A DNA stretch of 64,000 nucleotides from Gemmatimonadota bacterium (GCA_036679645.1 JAZDCY010000042.1:116992-180991); one strand, 5' to 3'; positions 28,680 to 39,192 are shown, counted from the stretch's first letter. Notes: generated by a model from the letters alone, not told the origin. Translations and numbers: made by a program.

Positions 28680-30860
28680 GTGACGACGAGTCCGAGCAGC
28701 CTGCCCCGGCCCGCTATCGCCATAGCGGCGTTCAACGCCGAGCGCTACCTGCCGAAGGCCCTCGAGACGATGCTGAGCCAGAGCCTCGAGGCCGCCGAGA
28801 TCGCGGTCTGCGATGACGCGTCAACCGACCACACGCCGGAAATCCTCGCGGACTTCGCCTCCAGCAACGCGGGTATCCGCGTGATTCGCAACGAAGAGAG
28901 CATGGGCGGCTACGGTGCGATGAACCGCGCCGTGCGTGAGACGCGCGCCGATTACGTGGCCGTCTACCACGCCGACGACGTCTACCACCCGACAATCCTG
29001 GAGCAGGAGGTCGCCTACCTCGAGGCGCATCCCGCCGCTGGCGCGGTGCTCACTCTGGATTGGTTCATCGATGCCGACGGACACGAATACGACCGCGTCC
29101 GCCTGCCGCGCAGACTCCAGGACGTGACATCGTTTGATGCGCGGACGCTGACAGAGGCCATGCTTCGAAGCAAGTGCACGTTTCTCAGAACGCCCTCGGT
29201 GATGTTCCGCCGCTCGGCGTTCGACGCGGTTGGAGGGTTTGATCAAGAACAGTTCGGTATCTCTGCCGACGTCGACCTCTGGCTGCGCCTCTCGCTGGAG
29301 TACGAGATTGGTCTCTTGCACGAGTACCTTTACGGGTACCGACATCACTCTCGACAGTGGTCCGACGCGTACAGCAAACTGCGGACGACCCCCGAACTAT
29401 TCTTCGCTGTGTTGGACAAACACTTGTCTCGGCCTGGGGTACGCGCACTTGTCACGCGCGAAGCCCTTACGCTGTATCGCATCTGGCAAGTCAAGGACGA
29501 GACCGAGCGCGCCGCCAATATTCTCCTGCTGGGTGATCACACGAAGGCGGTGGCACTTGTCAACTCGTCTTTCGTGCGACCGTTGTTACGCTCGTCACGG
29601 AAGTGGACCGTGCTGCGAATTCTCGCTTTGCGCTCCCTGGTGCGGTTGGCAGCTGCGGTCGGTGGCGGGCGTACTGCCCGCGCGGCCGTGTATATGGCCC
29701 GCTTCCGGAGGTGGTTGCCACGCCGGCTCGCCGCTCAGTCGGGGACCGCGGCGCAGACCCTCGCAGCGGAACCAACGGAGGACGACGGACACAAACGGCC
29801 ATCCGCTCGGCCACGGCTTACCGTCTTTCTCGATCCCTTCTCGACGCACTTCTACGGTGACGGGATCTTCGACCCGGCGGCCAAGGTCAATCGGGACAAC
29901 TTCCTGAGCCCGTGGCACCACCTGCACGACCGTTTCCGCGAACGGGGTGTTGAGATTCACACCGCTGACTACTTGGTGGACCGTACTCGACGGGCGGAGG
30001 TGAACGTCTACTCGTCCTTCGGCGTCTTGGATCACTATCGCGATCTGGCGAAGCGACCGGATGTACTGCTCAATGCATTCTATCTGTTTGAGGTCATGGT
30101 GTTGGCCCCGGAGATGTACCGAGCGATCCCCGACCTCACACAGTACTTTCGATCGCTGTACTCCTGGACCGACGCCGATCACCTCGCGCCGTTTGTCTCT
30201 GGCCCCGTAACGGTCAAGCCGTTCTTCATGCCGATGCCTCGCGACACCGTCATTGAACCGTACTGGTCGCGGACGGACCGCAACGGCATCGTACTCATCG
30301 CGGCGAACAAACGCGCGGTGGTCCCGCAGGGCGAGCTCTTCACCGAGCGCCTTCGGGCCATAAGACACTTCGCTAACCATGGCGGGATTCACATCTGGGG
30401 GCGCTGGTGGAACGAGCGGATCATGGACCTGGATGAAGAGTTTCGCGACCCGGTCCGGCGATCCTACCAAGGTGCCGCTGCCGAGAAGTACGATGTCTTG
30501 AGCCGGTATCGCTTCGCCGTCTGCTACGAAAACATGGCACTCCGCGGCTGGATCACCGAGAAGATCTTCGACTGCTTCTACGCCGGGACCGTCCCCGTTT
30601 ACCTCGGAGCGCCCGACATCACGGACCACGTCTCGAAAGATTGCTTCATCGACTTTGAGCAATTCGGAACATACGACGAGCTGAGTCGATTCATCGACCA
30701 GCTCGGCCCCCGCGAGCTCGAAGCGTACCGCGAAGCGGGACGCGACTGCCTCGCGAGCGAGGCCTTCGATCCGTTCAAACCGAAGAGCTTCGCCGATCGC
30801 TTCATCGCCGACATCGAAGCACAGCTGCGGGAGCACGCCTTAGAGCACGTCTGGCCATGA
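28680..30860 (+). CDS. GT2 - GT10 (alpha-1,3-fucosyltransferase-like) fusion
   Basis: N-terminal AAFNAERYL, DDASTD, YHADD; C-terminal YRFAVCYEN...GWITEKIFDCFYAGTVPVYLGAP (GT10 motif); single open frame. Confidence 0.88.
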   Translation: MTTSPSSLPRPAIAIAAFNAERYLPKALETMLSQSLEAAEIAVCDDASTDHTPEILADFASSNAGIRVIRNEESMGGYGAMNRAVRETRADYVAVYHADDVYHPTILEQEVAYLEAHPAAGAVLTLDWFIDADGHEYDRVRLPRRLQDVTSFDARTLTEAMLRSKCTFLRTPSVMFRRSAFDAVGGFDQEQFGISADVDLWLRLSLEYEIGLLHEYLYGYRHHSRQWSDAYSKLRTTPELFFAVLDKHLSRPGVRALVTREALTLYRIWQVKDETERAANILLLGDHTKAVALVNSSFVRPLLRSSRKWTVLRILALRSLVRLAAAVGGGRTARAAVYMARFRRWLPRRLAAQSGTAAQTLAAEPTEDDGHKRPSARPRLTVFLDPFSTHFYGDGIFDPAAKVNRDNFLSPWHHLHDRFRERGVEIHTADYLVDRTRRAEVNVYSSFGVLDHYRDLAKRPDVLLNAFYLFEVMVLAPEMYRAIPDLTQYFRSLYSWTDADHLAPFVSGPVTVKPFFMPMPRDTVIEPYWSRTDRNGIVLIAANKRAVVPQGELFTERLRAIRHFANHGGIHIWGRWWNERIMDLDEEFRDPVRRSYQGAAAEKYDVLSRYRFAVCYENMALRGWITEKIFDCFYAGTVPVYLGAPDITDHVSKDCFIDFEQFGTYDELSRFIDQLGPRELEAYREAGRDCLASEAFDPFKPKSFADRFIADIEAQLREHALEHVWP

Positions 30861-30894
30861 CACGTCGGCACCCCACGCTCCCGGAGATAGCTGA

Positions 30895-32091
30895 ATGACG
30901 CGTACGCGTGTCCTCGTCCTCGCCCGGAACTATCCCAATCCCGTATTGCCAACACTCGGGATCTGGACGGATCGCCTGACCCAAGCCGCGCAACACGTCG
31001 CCGATACGACAGTGATCGCACCGATTCCGTGGTCTCCCCCGGGACTACCTGTCGAGTACTTCAGTCGCTTCCGCAAGGTCCCGAGGCGACGCGACGAAAG
31101 CGGTGTGCCGGTCCACCATCCGAGGGTCCTCACCGGACCCGGGTATTCCCTGCACCAGTTCGAGGCTGACCTCTGGTACCGACCCATCCGGCAGCTTGCC
31201 GCGCGGCTGCACGCGGCTCGGGCATTCGACATCATTCATGCGCACTTCATCTATCCGGAAGGCGTCATTGCGGCGAGGCTCTCCGAACACCTCGGCCTTC
31301 CCGTCGTAACCACCGAGCAGGCGCCGTGGGACCCGTGGCTCAAGAGGTATCCTCGCGTCGGGAAACAAGTCCGCGCTGCCCTGCCCGCGATTCAGCGCGT
31401 GATGGCGGTAAGTGAGTTCTTGCGCAGGAACATCCACAGCGCGATCCCCAACATGCAGGTTCCGGTCGACGTGGTCCACAATGTCGTCGACGACAGCGTC
31501 TTCGACATCCGCAACGGCGAAGATGCATGGGATCCGGACCGGCTACTCTTTGTAGGGGTTGTCCGTCGCGTGAAGGGCCTCGATGTCCTCGTCCGCGCAT
31601 TGCACCGCCTCGTAGAACACCGCCCCACGCTTCGTCTCGTAGTAGTAGGTGCCGCGTATTACCGTGGCTACGCACGAGATGAAGCCGAAGTGCGCGGACT
31701 GGTAGATCAACTTGGGCTCATGAACCACGTCACGTGGGTCGGCCAGGCTCAGCCATCCGAGGTCGCGACGCACATGCGACGGAGCGCGGTAGTCGTGGTA
31801 CCCAGCCGAAGCGAGACGTTCTCGGCAGTCACCGCAGAGGCCCTGGCAAGTGGGACACCGGTGGTCGCCACCCGCTGCGGAGGGCCCGAGGAGATCGTGA
31901 CCCCTGAGACCGGGTGCCTCGTGCCCAAGGAGGATCCGGCCGCCCTCGCTGACGCGATCGACGAGATGCTGCGGCGACGTCCCTCCATTGCCGGAGCGAG
32001 CCTACGACAATACGCCGTCGCCCAGTTTGGGCGCGCCACCGCAACTCGCCGGCTGGGAACTCTGTACGATCGCGTGTTGGGAATCATCTGA
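30895..32091 (+). CDS. GT4 glycosyltransferase
   Basis: DIIHAHF, LFVGVVRRVKGLD, SETFSAVTAEALASGTPVV. Confidence 0.92.
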   Translation: MTRTRVLVLARNYPNPVLPTLGIWTDRLTQAAQHVADTTVIAPIPWSPPGLPVEYFSRFRKVPRRRDESGVPVHHPRVLTGPGYSLHQFEADLWYRPIRQLAARLHAARAFDIIHAHFIYPEGVIAARLSEHLGLPVVTTEQAPWDPWLKRYPRVGKQVRAALPAIQRVMAVSEFLRRNIHSAIPNMQVPVDVVHNVVDDSVFDIRNGEDAWDPDRLLFVGVVRRVKGLDVLVRALHRLVEHRPTLRLVVVGAAYYRGYARDEAEVRGLVDQLGLMNHVTWVGQAQPSEVATHMRRSAVVVVPSRSETFSAVTAEALASGTPVVATRCGGPEEIVTPETGCLVPKEDPAALADAIDEMLRRRPSIAGASLRQYAVAQFGRATATRRLGTLYDRVLGII

Positions 32092-32239
32092 CTATCGCGA
32101 TGGGCAGTCGCGAACGCTAGGGCGACAACTCGTCGCAGCTCGGCATGAGGCTAGCACGTCCCGCTCAGAGAACGTTGCAAGTCCGAATGGGCGCAGCCAT
32201 ACAACAGGTGTTACCCTGTTGTGCCACCGAACTGGAAAT

Positions 32240-33073
32240 TCATCGGGTGGGGGGTGCCCGCTCGGCGACACAGCACCACCGATGGGTATAAAAGTCGATA
32301 CTCGGGTCACTCCAAGCATGGAAGCGCGAGAGGAATGGCCGAGCAATCCGGTCCGCCAAGCGGCCCACTACCGCGAGGAGCCCCGTCCAGATTACCGGGA
32401 GGTGGGAGTAGCGGCGCCATATGGCCGGTATCCGGCCAATCTCCTGTGCGAGGAAGTCAAAGAATCCGTCGTCTCCAGCAGGCTCCAACGTGATCACCGC
32501 AAACCCGAGCCGAGGCAGCCAGTGCTCGTACCAATACCGAGCGAAGCCAGTGTGGAAGTGGTACGGCGAGAAGTGGGTGAACGAAACGAAGGGGGCTGTC
32601 AGGATCAGTCGGCCACCGGGCCGCAGCAACCTCGCCATTTCGCGGACCGCGCCGATTGGATCCGGGACGTGCTCCAGAACTTCCGTACAGAGAATGGCGT
32701 CGAAGGACCCGTCGGGTTCAGGAACGTCCATCACGTCGCACACCAGGTCGATACCGGACTGATCGAACGTGCCGGTCTGCAGGCCTGCTCCGTCTCCTCG
32801 CCCGTCATAGCGACCGAAATCCTGCGAAACGTAATGGAGGTGGGCGCAGGCGGGACGGAATCGAAGCTCACCTGCCCCCACGTCGAGCAGGCGCCATCCA
32901 GCAGGCAGGGCCTCCAACTGTGCCGAAACCCACGCCGCTCGGTCGGCGTCGTTTCGACGCCCAATCGAACGGGTCGCCATTACGATCCTTTGATTTGCAA
33001 CGTCCGGCCACCTCACCCCAAGCGGTTTCCATGCGTCGCGGAAGAAGCCAATCACTTTGACGCGTTTCGCCAC
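32240..33073 (-). CDS. Class I SAM methyltransferase
   Basis: LLDVGAG, FDAILCTEVLEHVPDP, LRPGG; true start may be ATG 32980. Confidence 0.88.
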   Translation of the reverse strand: MAKRVKVIGFFRDAWKPLGVRWPDVANQRIVMATRSIGRRNDADRAAWVSAQLEALPAGWRLLDVGAGELRFRPACAHLHYVSQDFGRYDGRGDGAGLQTGTFDQSGIDLVCDVMDVPEPDGSFDAILCTEVLEHVPDPIGAVREMARLLRPGGRLILTAPFVSFTHFSPYHFHTGFARYWYEHWLPRLGFAVITLEPAGDDGFFDFLAQEIGRIPAIWRRYSHLPVIWTGLLAVVGRLADRIARPFLSRFHAWSDPSIDFYTHRWCCVAERAPPTR

Positions 33074-33176
33074 ATAGGCGGTCGCAAGTCGCGTTCCTAC
33101 ACGCGACTCGCGGTTGGTTCCCAGTGCCCCTATCGTCTCGCGCCCTGCACGTGCCCGGAATCATAACGCGTTCTTG

Positions 33177-33190
33177 GGAACAGAACTTGC
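33177..33190 (+). promoter_or_regulatory. Candidate sigma54 promoter
   Basis: GGAACAGAACTTGC upstream of the flippase gene. Confidence 0.55.
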
Positions 33191-33358
33191 CCCTTCCGGG
33201 CGCGCGTCCACCCAGCCTATTCCTACGTGCATGAGGCACAAGGAGCAGATTGCCCATCGGCCGTGATGCTTGCGCACGTGCTGCTTCAGGGAGCGGCTAA
33301 CGATGAACAAGGCAGCCGCTGATCGCTTTGTTCGCGACGTCGATACCCATCTCCACGA

Positions 33359-34891
33359 GTGCGGGCTGAACCGGCCGTGGAACTGAACAGCCCGAGGACG
33401 GCAGCCAAGGGGGGCGCGGCCCCGCAGGCGTTCCAGCCGCTCCAGGCCATCATCGGGCTGGGCGCCATCCAAGCCGGTACGATGCTAGCCGGCCTTCTGC
33501 GTACCAAGGTGCTCGCGTTGCTGCTCGGCCCTGATGGGCTGGGGATCGTTGGCGTAATCGATCAGACCGTGGCCTTCTTCACGCACCTGGGCACCCTCAG
33601 CCTACCGCTTGCGGCGTTGAAGTTCCTGTCCAAGCGGAAGAGCGCAGGGATGGAAGCGTTCGCGCGGCTGTACCGAGCATTCCTCATGTCGCTCCTCGTC
33701 GCGAGCGTCCTCTCGACTGCGCTTGGCGTGGCACTCGCCTTCGCGCGGACCGGGGTCCTGTCGGACGAGCTCTCCCCTCATCGTACCGCGCTGATACTCG
33801 GGCTGCTGACTGCCGCGCCGCTTGCCGTGGTGGCGCTGTTGCGCAATGTCCTCGCTACGCTCGAACGCTACCGGGCCGCCGCCCTGGTGGCACTCTTCGG
33901 CGCCGTGCTCCTCGTCGGCAGCTCGTACGCCGGTGTTCGGCTCGTTGGACTGCCAGGTCTCTACGTGGGAAACCTCGTGGTGCATACTATGTTGGCGGTA
34001 CTTCTGATGGGGCTCATCCGGCGGGTCCCTGGTATGGGGACGCCCTCTCCCGGACCGGGCACGGTGGGCATCCTCCGGAGCGAGCGGGGATTGATCAGCT
34101 TTTGCACGAGCATCCACTTCCTCTCCTTGGCGTCGCCACTTGCGTACCTGGTCGCGCGCGTCACCATCCTATCGCATCACGGGGCGGAGGCGGCCGGCTT
34201 GTTCTACGCGGCATACGGCCTCGCCGTGGCAATTCGTGTAGTCCTAAACCAGGCCAACGGTCTCTACCTCAGCCCTATCGTGAACGAGAGCACCCCCAAG
34301 AACGTCCGGGCAGCCAAGGCCGGCGAGTATATGAGGGTTTTGATGGTGATCTTGGTGCTGGGCGCGGCTGCGGTCGCGCTCTTCCCGCAGCTGTTTCTCA
34401 TAGCGCTCTACTCGAAGCGTTTCCTGCCAGCCGGCGCATTCCTAGGCGCGTTCCTCGTTTCCGAAGCGATCCTGCTCGTCGCAGGCGTGTACCAGGCACT
34501 TCTCATAGGATTCGACGACATTCGCTCACACGTCGCCATCTCGCTTGCTGGCAACGCTATCATTGCGGGCGTATCGCTGGCGCTGGTTCCGTCACAGGGA
34601 CCGCTGGGCGCTGCGCTGGCGTTCATAGCGGGCCACACATTGATACTGCTGCTGACTGCCGGACGCCTTCAACACGCGCACGGCGCGCGCGGCGCCATGA
34701 AACCGTTCTCGCTCCTCCTGCTCGGCTTGCTCGTCCTTGCCCTCGGAGCGCTCTGGACGACGCGCGTCGATCCCCCGTTCGTGTGGAGAGCGTTGGCATA
34801 CGTCGGCGTCGCAGTGGGTGCGCTGAGCCTGCTCAACGCTCACGAACGACGCTGGATACTCGCGCCCTGGCGCTCAACCCGGAACCAGTGA
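33359..34891 (+). CDS. wzx: Wzx-type oligosaccharide flippase (MOP superfamily)
   Basis: About 12-14 hydrophobic segments; RTKVLALLLGPDGLG and AAGLFYAAY patterns; polysaccharide-locus context. Confidence 0.8.
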   Translation: MRAEPAVELNSPRTAAKGGAAPQAFQPLQAIIGLGAIQAGTMLAGLLRTKVLALLLGPDGLGIVGVIDQTVAFFTHLGTLSLPLAALKFLSKRKSAGMEAFARLYRAFLMSLLVASVLSTALGVALAFARTGVLSDELSPHRTALILGLLTAAPLAVVALLRNVLATLERYRAAALVALFGAVLLVGSSYAGVRLVGLPGLYVGNLVVHTMLAVLLMGLIRRVPGMGTPSPGPGTVGILRSERGLISFCTSIHFLSLASPLAYLVARVTILSHHGAEAAGLFYAAYGLAVAIRVVLNQANGLYLSPIVNESTPKNVRAAKAGEYMRVLMVILVLGAAAVALFPQLFLIALYSKRFLPAGAFLGAFLVSEAILLVAGVYQALLIGFDDIRSHVAISLAGNAIIAGVSLALVPSQGPLGAALAFIAGHTLILLLTAGRLQHAHGARGAMKPFSLLLLGLLVLALGALWTTRVDPPFVWRALAYVGVAVGALSLLNAHERRWILAPWRSTRNQ

Positions 34892-35049
34892 TACTGAGAA
34901 GATCCTAGTTGCCGGTCTAGGTGGACATTGTGGGGCAGGAAAGCCAGCGTGCGCGTACGGCTCGGAAACGCCTGCGGGTGCTGCGCGGGGGGGGAACACT
35001 CGTGGACGAGTGGTCGAAGAGCGAATGCATCTAGACCAGGTACCTCACG

Positions 35050-36168
35050 CTAGAGCGTGCGTCGTTGCGCCACTTCCCACAATGCATCCATCGTCTCTTC
35101 GGCGGTCCGCCGCCATGTGAACCGCGCTGCGCACTCCCTACCTGCCCGGCTGAGCTGCTCTCGGAGATCCGGTTCCGTCACAACCTGGGTAATCGCGTCC
35201 CGCAGAAGCTCGTGCGTGGGCTGTTCCAGCACCAGGGCGTGCTCACGGAATCCCTCACGCAAGGGCGCGTGGTCGACGGTCACGACCGGGGTACCGCAGG
35301 CCATCGCCTCCAAAATGGTTGCCGAGAGCCCTTCGTGTGTCGTCGGAAGGAAGAACGCGGTCGCTCCGGAGTACGCGGAGGCTAGATCGTCCTGTTCGAG
35401 GTGCGGGATATGGGTGACGCGGTCGCCGGTTTTCGTTTCCGCGACGTGCCGGTCGAAGTCGAGATTCACGTGGTTCGGCCCGACAAAGACGAACCGCGTC
35501 TCATCCGGCAACCTCCGAGCATCGCTGAACGCCCGTAGCAGCCCCGGAACATTTCGCCGATGCGACATCTTGCCGACGAACAACAGGTACGGACCGTCGT
35601 GTCCCACGACCGCGGCTGCTCGACGGGCAACGATCTCGCGATCGTCCTGCCACCCGAACGGCGGCCCGACGCCTTGGTAGACGATGCGGATCTTGTCGGG
35701 GTCAGTGCCGTAGTACTCGACGAGGTCGTTCTTGGTCGAGATGGAATTGGCGAGCACCAGATCCGCGCGCCGCGCACTAGCCTTGTACATCGCCGAGTAC
35801 CGATAGCGATACCACCACGGGACGCGCTCGGCGTTGGGGCCTTCGTAGATTCCCTGGATACTCACAACCGAGCGCCCCCTGAAACCCAGTGGAATCGTAT
35901 ACGACGCCCCAAAGAGGATGTCGTCCGACCAGAGTGCCCGCCGCAACGTGACGTTCTCCCAGTAGAAGACCGGCAAGCGGGTCGGAAGCACCACGTGCTG
36001 CAGCGTTGGAGGGTTTGTCCACCGGTGCGCCGTTGAGGCAGGCGTGTAGCACCGCACCTCCTCGAACGGGACCGGTGCCGCCGCCCACTGGTGGAGCATG
36101 TGCTCGAGCCACCGGGCCGGGCCGGTTCGGGCCTGGACGAGCCGCTTTCCGTCTATTCCTAGACGCAT
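35050..36168 (-). CDS. GT4 glycosyltransferase
   Basis: MRLGIDG, LLFVGK, EGLSATILEAMACGTPVV, FTWRRTA. Confidence 0.9.
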   Translation of the reverse strand: MRLGIDGKRLVQARTGPARWLEHMLHQWAAAPVPFEEVRCYTPASTAHRWTNPPTLQHVVLPTRLPVFYWENVTLRRALWSDDILFGASYTIPLGFRGRSVVSIQGIYEGPNAERVPWWYRYRYSAMYKASARRADLVLANSISTKNDLVEYYGTDPDKIRIVYQGVGPPFGWQDDREIVARRAAAVVGHDGPYLLFVGKMSHRRNVPGLLRAFSDARRLPDETRFVFVGPNHVNLDFDRHVAETKTGDRVTHIPHLEQDDLASAYSGATAFFLPTTHEGLSATILEAMACGTPVVTVDHAPLREGFREHALVLEQPTHELLRDAITQVVTEPDLREQLSRAGRECAARFTWRRTAEETMDALWEVAQRRTL

Positions 36169-36181
36169 ATTGGGGTGACTG

Positions 36182-36195
36182 GCAAAACTCGTTCC
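36182..36195 (-). promoter_or_regulatory. Candidate sigma54 promoter
   Basis: Minus strand GGAACGAGTTTTGC, 13 nt before ATG 36168. Confidence 0.45.
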
Positions 36196-36308
36196 CAGGC
36201 AACAAGATAGGAACTGACTGGCGCCGGGCCGCGCGAGTGGCCGGGAGCATGCCTCTTGCACCGCCACGGGGCAGGGTCATGGTCGTCACCCAATCACCCA
36301 CGTGGAAC

Positions 36309-37415
36309 ATGCGCGTTGCCGTCGTCGGACTCGGAGAAGCCGCAGTCGGTCTTCACCTCCCCGCCCTGGCCCGGATCTCATCGGCGTCACTCGCGGGCGT
36401 TTTCGATACGGACACCGATTGCAGCACCGCCGCGGCGCGCCGGTTCGGGGTCCCGGCCTTTGAGTCGTTCGACCGGCTCCTGGAAATAGCACGTCCGGAA
36501 GTCGTCGTTGTCGGTACACCCCCGAGGTTCCACGAGGAATACTGTCTGACGAGCCTCGATGCCGGGGCACACGTGATCTGCGAGAAACCCTTCGCAACGA
36601 GCGTCGCCGAAGCCGACCGCATCATCGCCGCCGCCGGTCGCGCCGACCGCATGGTCGCGCTGAATCATGAATTCCGCGAGATGCCGATTTTCCGGGCGCT
36701 CCATACTGCGGTATCGGACGGGAGCGTCGGTGATCTGGTCTTCGCCCAGCTATGGCAAAACGTGGACATGCCACCCTGGAACGAAACAGGGTGGAGGGGC
36801 GCGTTGCGTCACCGTACCCTGTTCGAAGCCGGCGTGCATCTCGTGGACCTCGCCATCACGCTCTTTCGGGAGCTTCCGATATCGGTTTGGGCCATGACGT
36901 CGGGCGCGGGAGGCAACGGCCGAGTCGACGCGATCGTGATCCTCACGCTCGAGTTCTCCGGCGACCGCGTCGTGCAAATCATCCAGAATCGCGTTTGCCG
37001 CGGCGAGAACCAATACCTGGAGGCTCGGGTCGAGGGCACGCTGGGGTCTCTGCGCGCCTCATTCGGCGGTCGGGCACGCGTGAGCTTGGGCTTGCTGCGC
37101 AGCACCACGCCGCACCTCCGGCTCGAGTTCGGCGCTTCTGGTGTGGCGTGGCGAGAAACGGGAACGAAACGAACCGTCATCGGTCGCAATTCGAAGGACC
37201 CCGGCATGGAGGCGACACGCTCCCTCTTCGCCGACACGTTGAGCGCCTTCGCGCAGGGCAGCGTTCCTCCTGTGAGTGCGGCCGACGCTCGTGACATGAT
37301 ACAGATCATCGCGGCCTCATATCTCAGTGCCGAGCGCGGTCGTCGAATCTCCCTCACCGACACTGATGCGATGCGTAGTGTGCACGAGTTCGATCTCGGA
37401 GCGACCGGACCGTGA
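36309..37415 (+). CDS. Gfo/Idh/MocA oxidoreductase, paralog of 22971-24077
   Basis: VVGLGEAA, VICEKP, NHEFREM, PPWNETGWRG, FEAGVHLVD, SLRASFGGRAR. Confidence 0.9.
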   Translation: MRVAVVGLGEAAVGLHLPALARISSASLAGVFDTDTDCSTAAARRFGVPAFESFDRLLEIARPEVVVVGTPPRFHEEYCLTSLDAGAHVICEKPFATSVAEADRIIAAAGRADRMVALNHEFREMPIFRALHTAVSDGSVGDLVFAQLWQNVDMPPWNETGWRGALRHRTLFEAGVHLVDLAITLFRELPISVWAMTSGAGGNGRVDAIVILTLEFSGDRVVQIIQNRVCRGENQYLEARVEGTLGSLRASFGGRARVSLGLLRSTTPHLRLEFGASGVAWRETGTKRTVIGRNSKDPGMEATRSLFADTLSAFAQGSVPPVSAADARDMIQIIAASYLSAERGRRISLTDTDAMRSVHEFDLGATGP

Positions 37416-38404
37416 CGGCAGGCCTGCGCACCGTGATCGTAGGCGCCGGTCTCATGGGGCGATGGCACGCACACGCCGTTCGTCATAGCGGCGGTCGGGT
37501 CATTGCGGTCGTAGATCGGGATCGCTCGCGAGCCGAGGCGCTGGCGCGTCGCCACGGAGCCGCCGTCGGAACGTCGCTCGACAGCTTCGTGGAGCTGGAC
37601 TCGAGCGCGGTCGTTCACGTTTGCACGCCGCTTGCGACCCACGAAGATCTTGCGTCGGCCGCGATCGATCGGGGCGCACATGTACTCGTCGAAAAGCCAA
37701 TTGCACCCGACACAGCCGCCGCGACACGAATGCTCGACCGCGCCGCAGAGTCCGGCGTCCTCCTCTGTCCCGTCCATCAATTCGTCTTTCAGAGCGGGAC
37801 ACGGGAGGCACAGACGATGATGGACCGCATTGCCCCTCTGCGCCATATCGATGCCCTCGCGTGTTCCGCAGGCGCGGAGGACCACGCTCCGGGAACCCCG
37901 GCGGCCATCGCGGCGGCGATCCTTCCCCACCCGCTGTCGCTGCTCCGCGCGGTCGCCGCCGATCACTTTCCCGCCTTCGTGTGGAGCGCGATCTCGCCAG
38001 TACCAGGCGAGATTCGCGTGACCGGTGCGGGAGACGACGTCACGGCAAGCATCCTGGTTTCGATGAGCGGCCGTCCGACGAGGAACACGTTGCATTTGAT
38101 AGGGGAGGGTGGCAGCATCCACCTTGACCTGTTTCACGGCTTCGCGGTCATCGAAACACCCACCGTCTCGCGATGGCGCAAGATCACGCATCCGCTGCGC
38201 TTGCCCACGAAGACATTGACGCGTGCCATCTGGAACCTGCAGAAACGTGCCGTCCGACGCGAGCCGGCCTATCCCGGCCTGCGGGAGCTCGTCAGTCGCT
38301 TCTACGCCGCAGCAAGGACCGGCAGTCCGGCACCCATCTCGGCAAGCGAGACGCTCGACGTAGCCGCGGCGTGCGACGCGATTGCAGCACAACTCCCTCG
38401 CTAG
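37412..38404 (+). CDS. Gfo/Idh/MocA oxidoreductase (divergent)
   Basis: IVGAGLMG, VCTPLATH, VLVEKP; GTGA overlap. Confidence 0.85.
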   Translation: MTAGLRTVIVGAGLMGRWHAHAVRHSGGRVIAVVDRDRSRAEALARRHGAAVGTSLDSFVELDSSAVVHVCTPLATHEDLASAAIDRGAHVLVEKPIAPDTAAATRMLDRAAESGVLLCPVHQFVFQSGTREAQTMMDRIAPLRHIDALACSAGAEDHAPGTPAAIAAAILPHPLSLLRAVAADHFPAFVWSAISPVPGEIRVTGAGDDVTASILVSMSGRPTRNTLHLIGEGGSIHLDLFHGFAVIETPTVSRWRKITHPLRLPTKTLTRAIWNLQKRAVRREPAYPGLRELVSRFYAAARTGSPAPISASETLDVAAACDAIAAQLPR

Positions 38405-38535
38405 TCACGACGCAATCACGCGGCGTTGTCAGAGCACTTCTGGAGCAACGCAGCGAGCAGGCGTACGAGCATTGCTCCGGCAACAGCGAAATCAGTACGC
38501 CCCGCATCGGGTGCTGGCGACGCACGGATCGGTAT

Positions 38536-39192
38536 CTACGCCCGATTGTTCCTATCCGCTCGACGACTGAGGAATCCCGCCGCTTGGCTCGCGAGCGTCA
38601 CGGCGAACAGCACCGCAAATAGGACGATCAGCCGTGGCTGGCGATGCTCGATGATCTGATATGCCACGCCATGCGCCAGGACGGTTCCGGCGGCGACGTA
38701 GTTCCACCGCTGGATCGATTTCCACGTCTGCGTACCGAACCTCCGGAGTGACCAGTCGTTTGATACTGCAAGGAGCACTGCGATCACGAGCCCACCTGCG
38801 AGCCCAGTCCAATTGGCGAATCCAAAGACGTCGTACCGGAGCGGGATTCGGTACCGTTGCGGCTCTTCCCACACGAAGTAAAGCCACGGCTTTCCGCGGA
38901 GGTGCACGAAGAGGCCAACGCCCACATGCGCGAGCGCGTAGACGCCAGCCCAGATACCCACGTCGCGTCGGAAATCCATGCTCACCGGATTGGGAAGACG
39001 ACGCAACACGTTGTAGGGCCCAATGACCAGCGAGGCTGCCAGGAGCGCCAGTCCGACATAGCCGGTCGATATGCTCAGAAGCCACACGGCGTCTGTGCTG
39101 GTGAGGCCAAAGTAGAATGCCGCGGTCAGGAGGCCACTAACAATCCCCAGGATCACGTGCCGACGTCCGCGGCGGACCCAATAGCGCGTCAC
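38536..39192 (-). CDS. Ferric reductase-like transmembrane (MsrQ/YedZ-like heme b) protein
   Basis: RRDVGIWAGVYALAH, LAVSND, WKSIQRWNY....LAH; about six TMs. Confidence 0.8.
   Translation of the reverse strand: MTRYWVRRGRRHVILGIVSGLLTAAFYFGLTSTDAVWLLSISTGYVGLALLAASLVIGPYNVLRRLPNPVSMDFRRDVGIWAGVYALAHVGVGLFVHLRGKPWLYFVWEEPQRYRIPLRYDVFGFANWTGLAGGLVIAVLLAVSNDWSLRRFGTQTWKSIQRWNYVAAGTVLAHGVAYQIIEHRQPRLIVLFAVLFAVTLASQAAGFLSRRADRNNRA

Noticed and set aside
31988..33166. 392-aa plus-strand ORF
   Set aside because: Antisense shadow of the methyltransferase; no motifs
36809..38392. 527-aa minus-strand ORF, and similar long ones such as 29595-30836, 25464-26531 and 55591-56568
   Set aside because: Antisense or off-frame shadows of well-supported genes in GC-rich DNA
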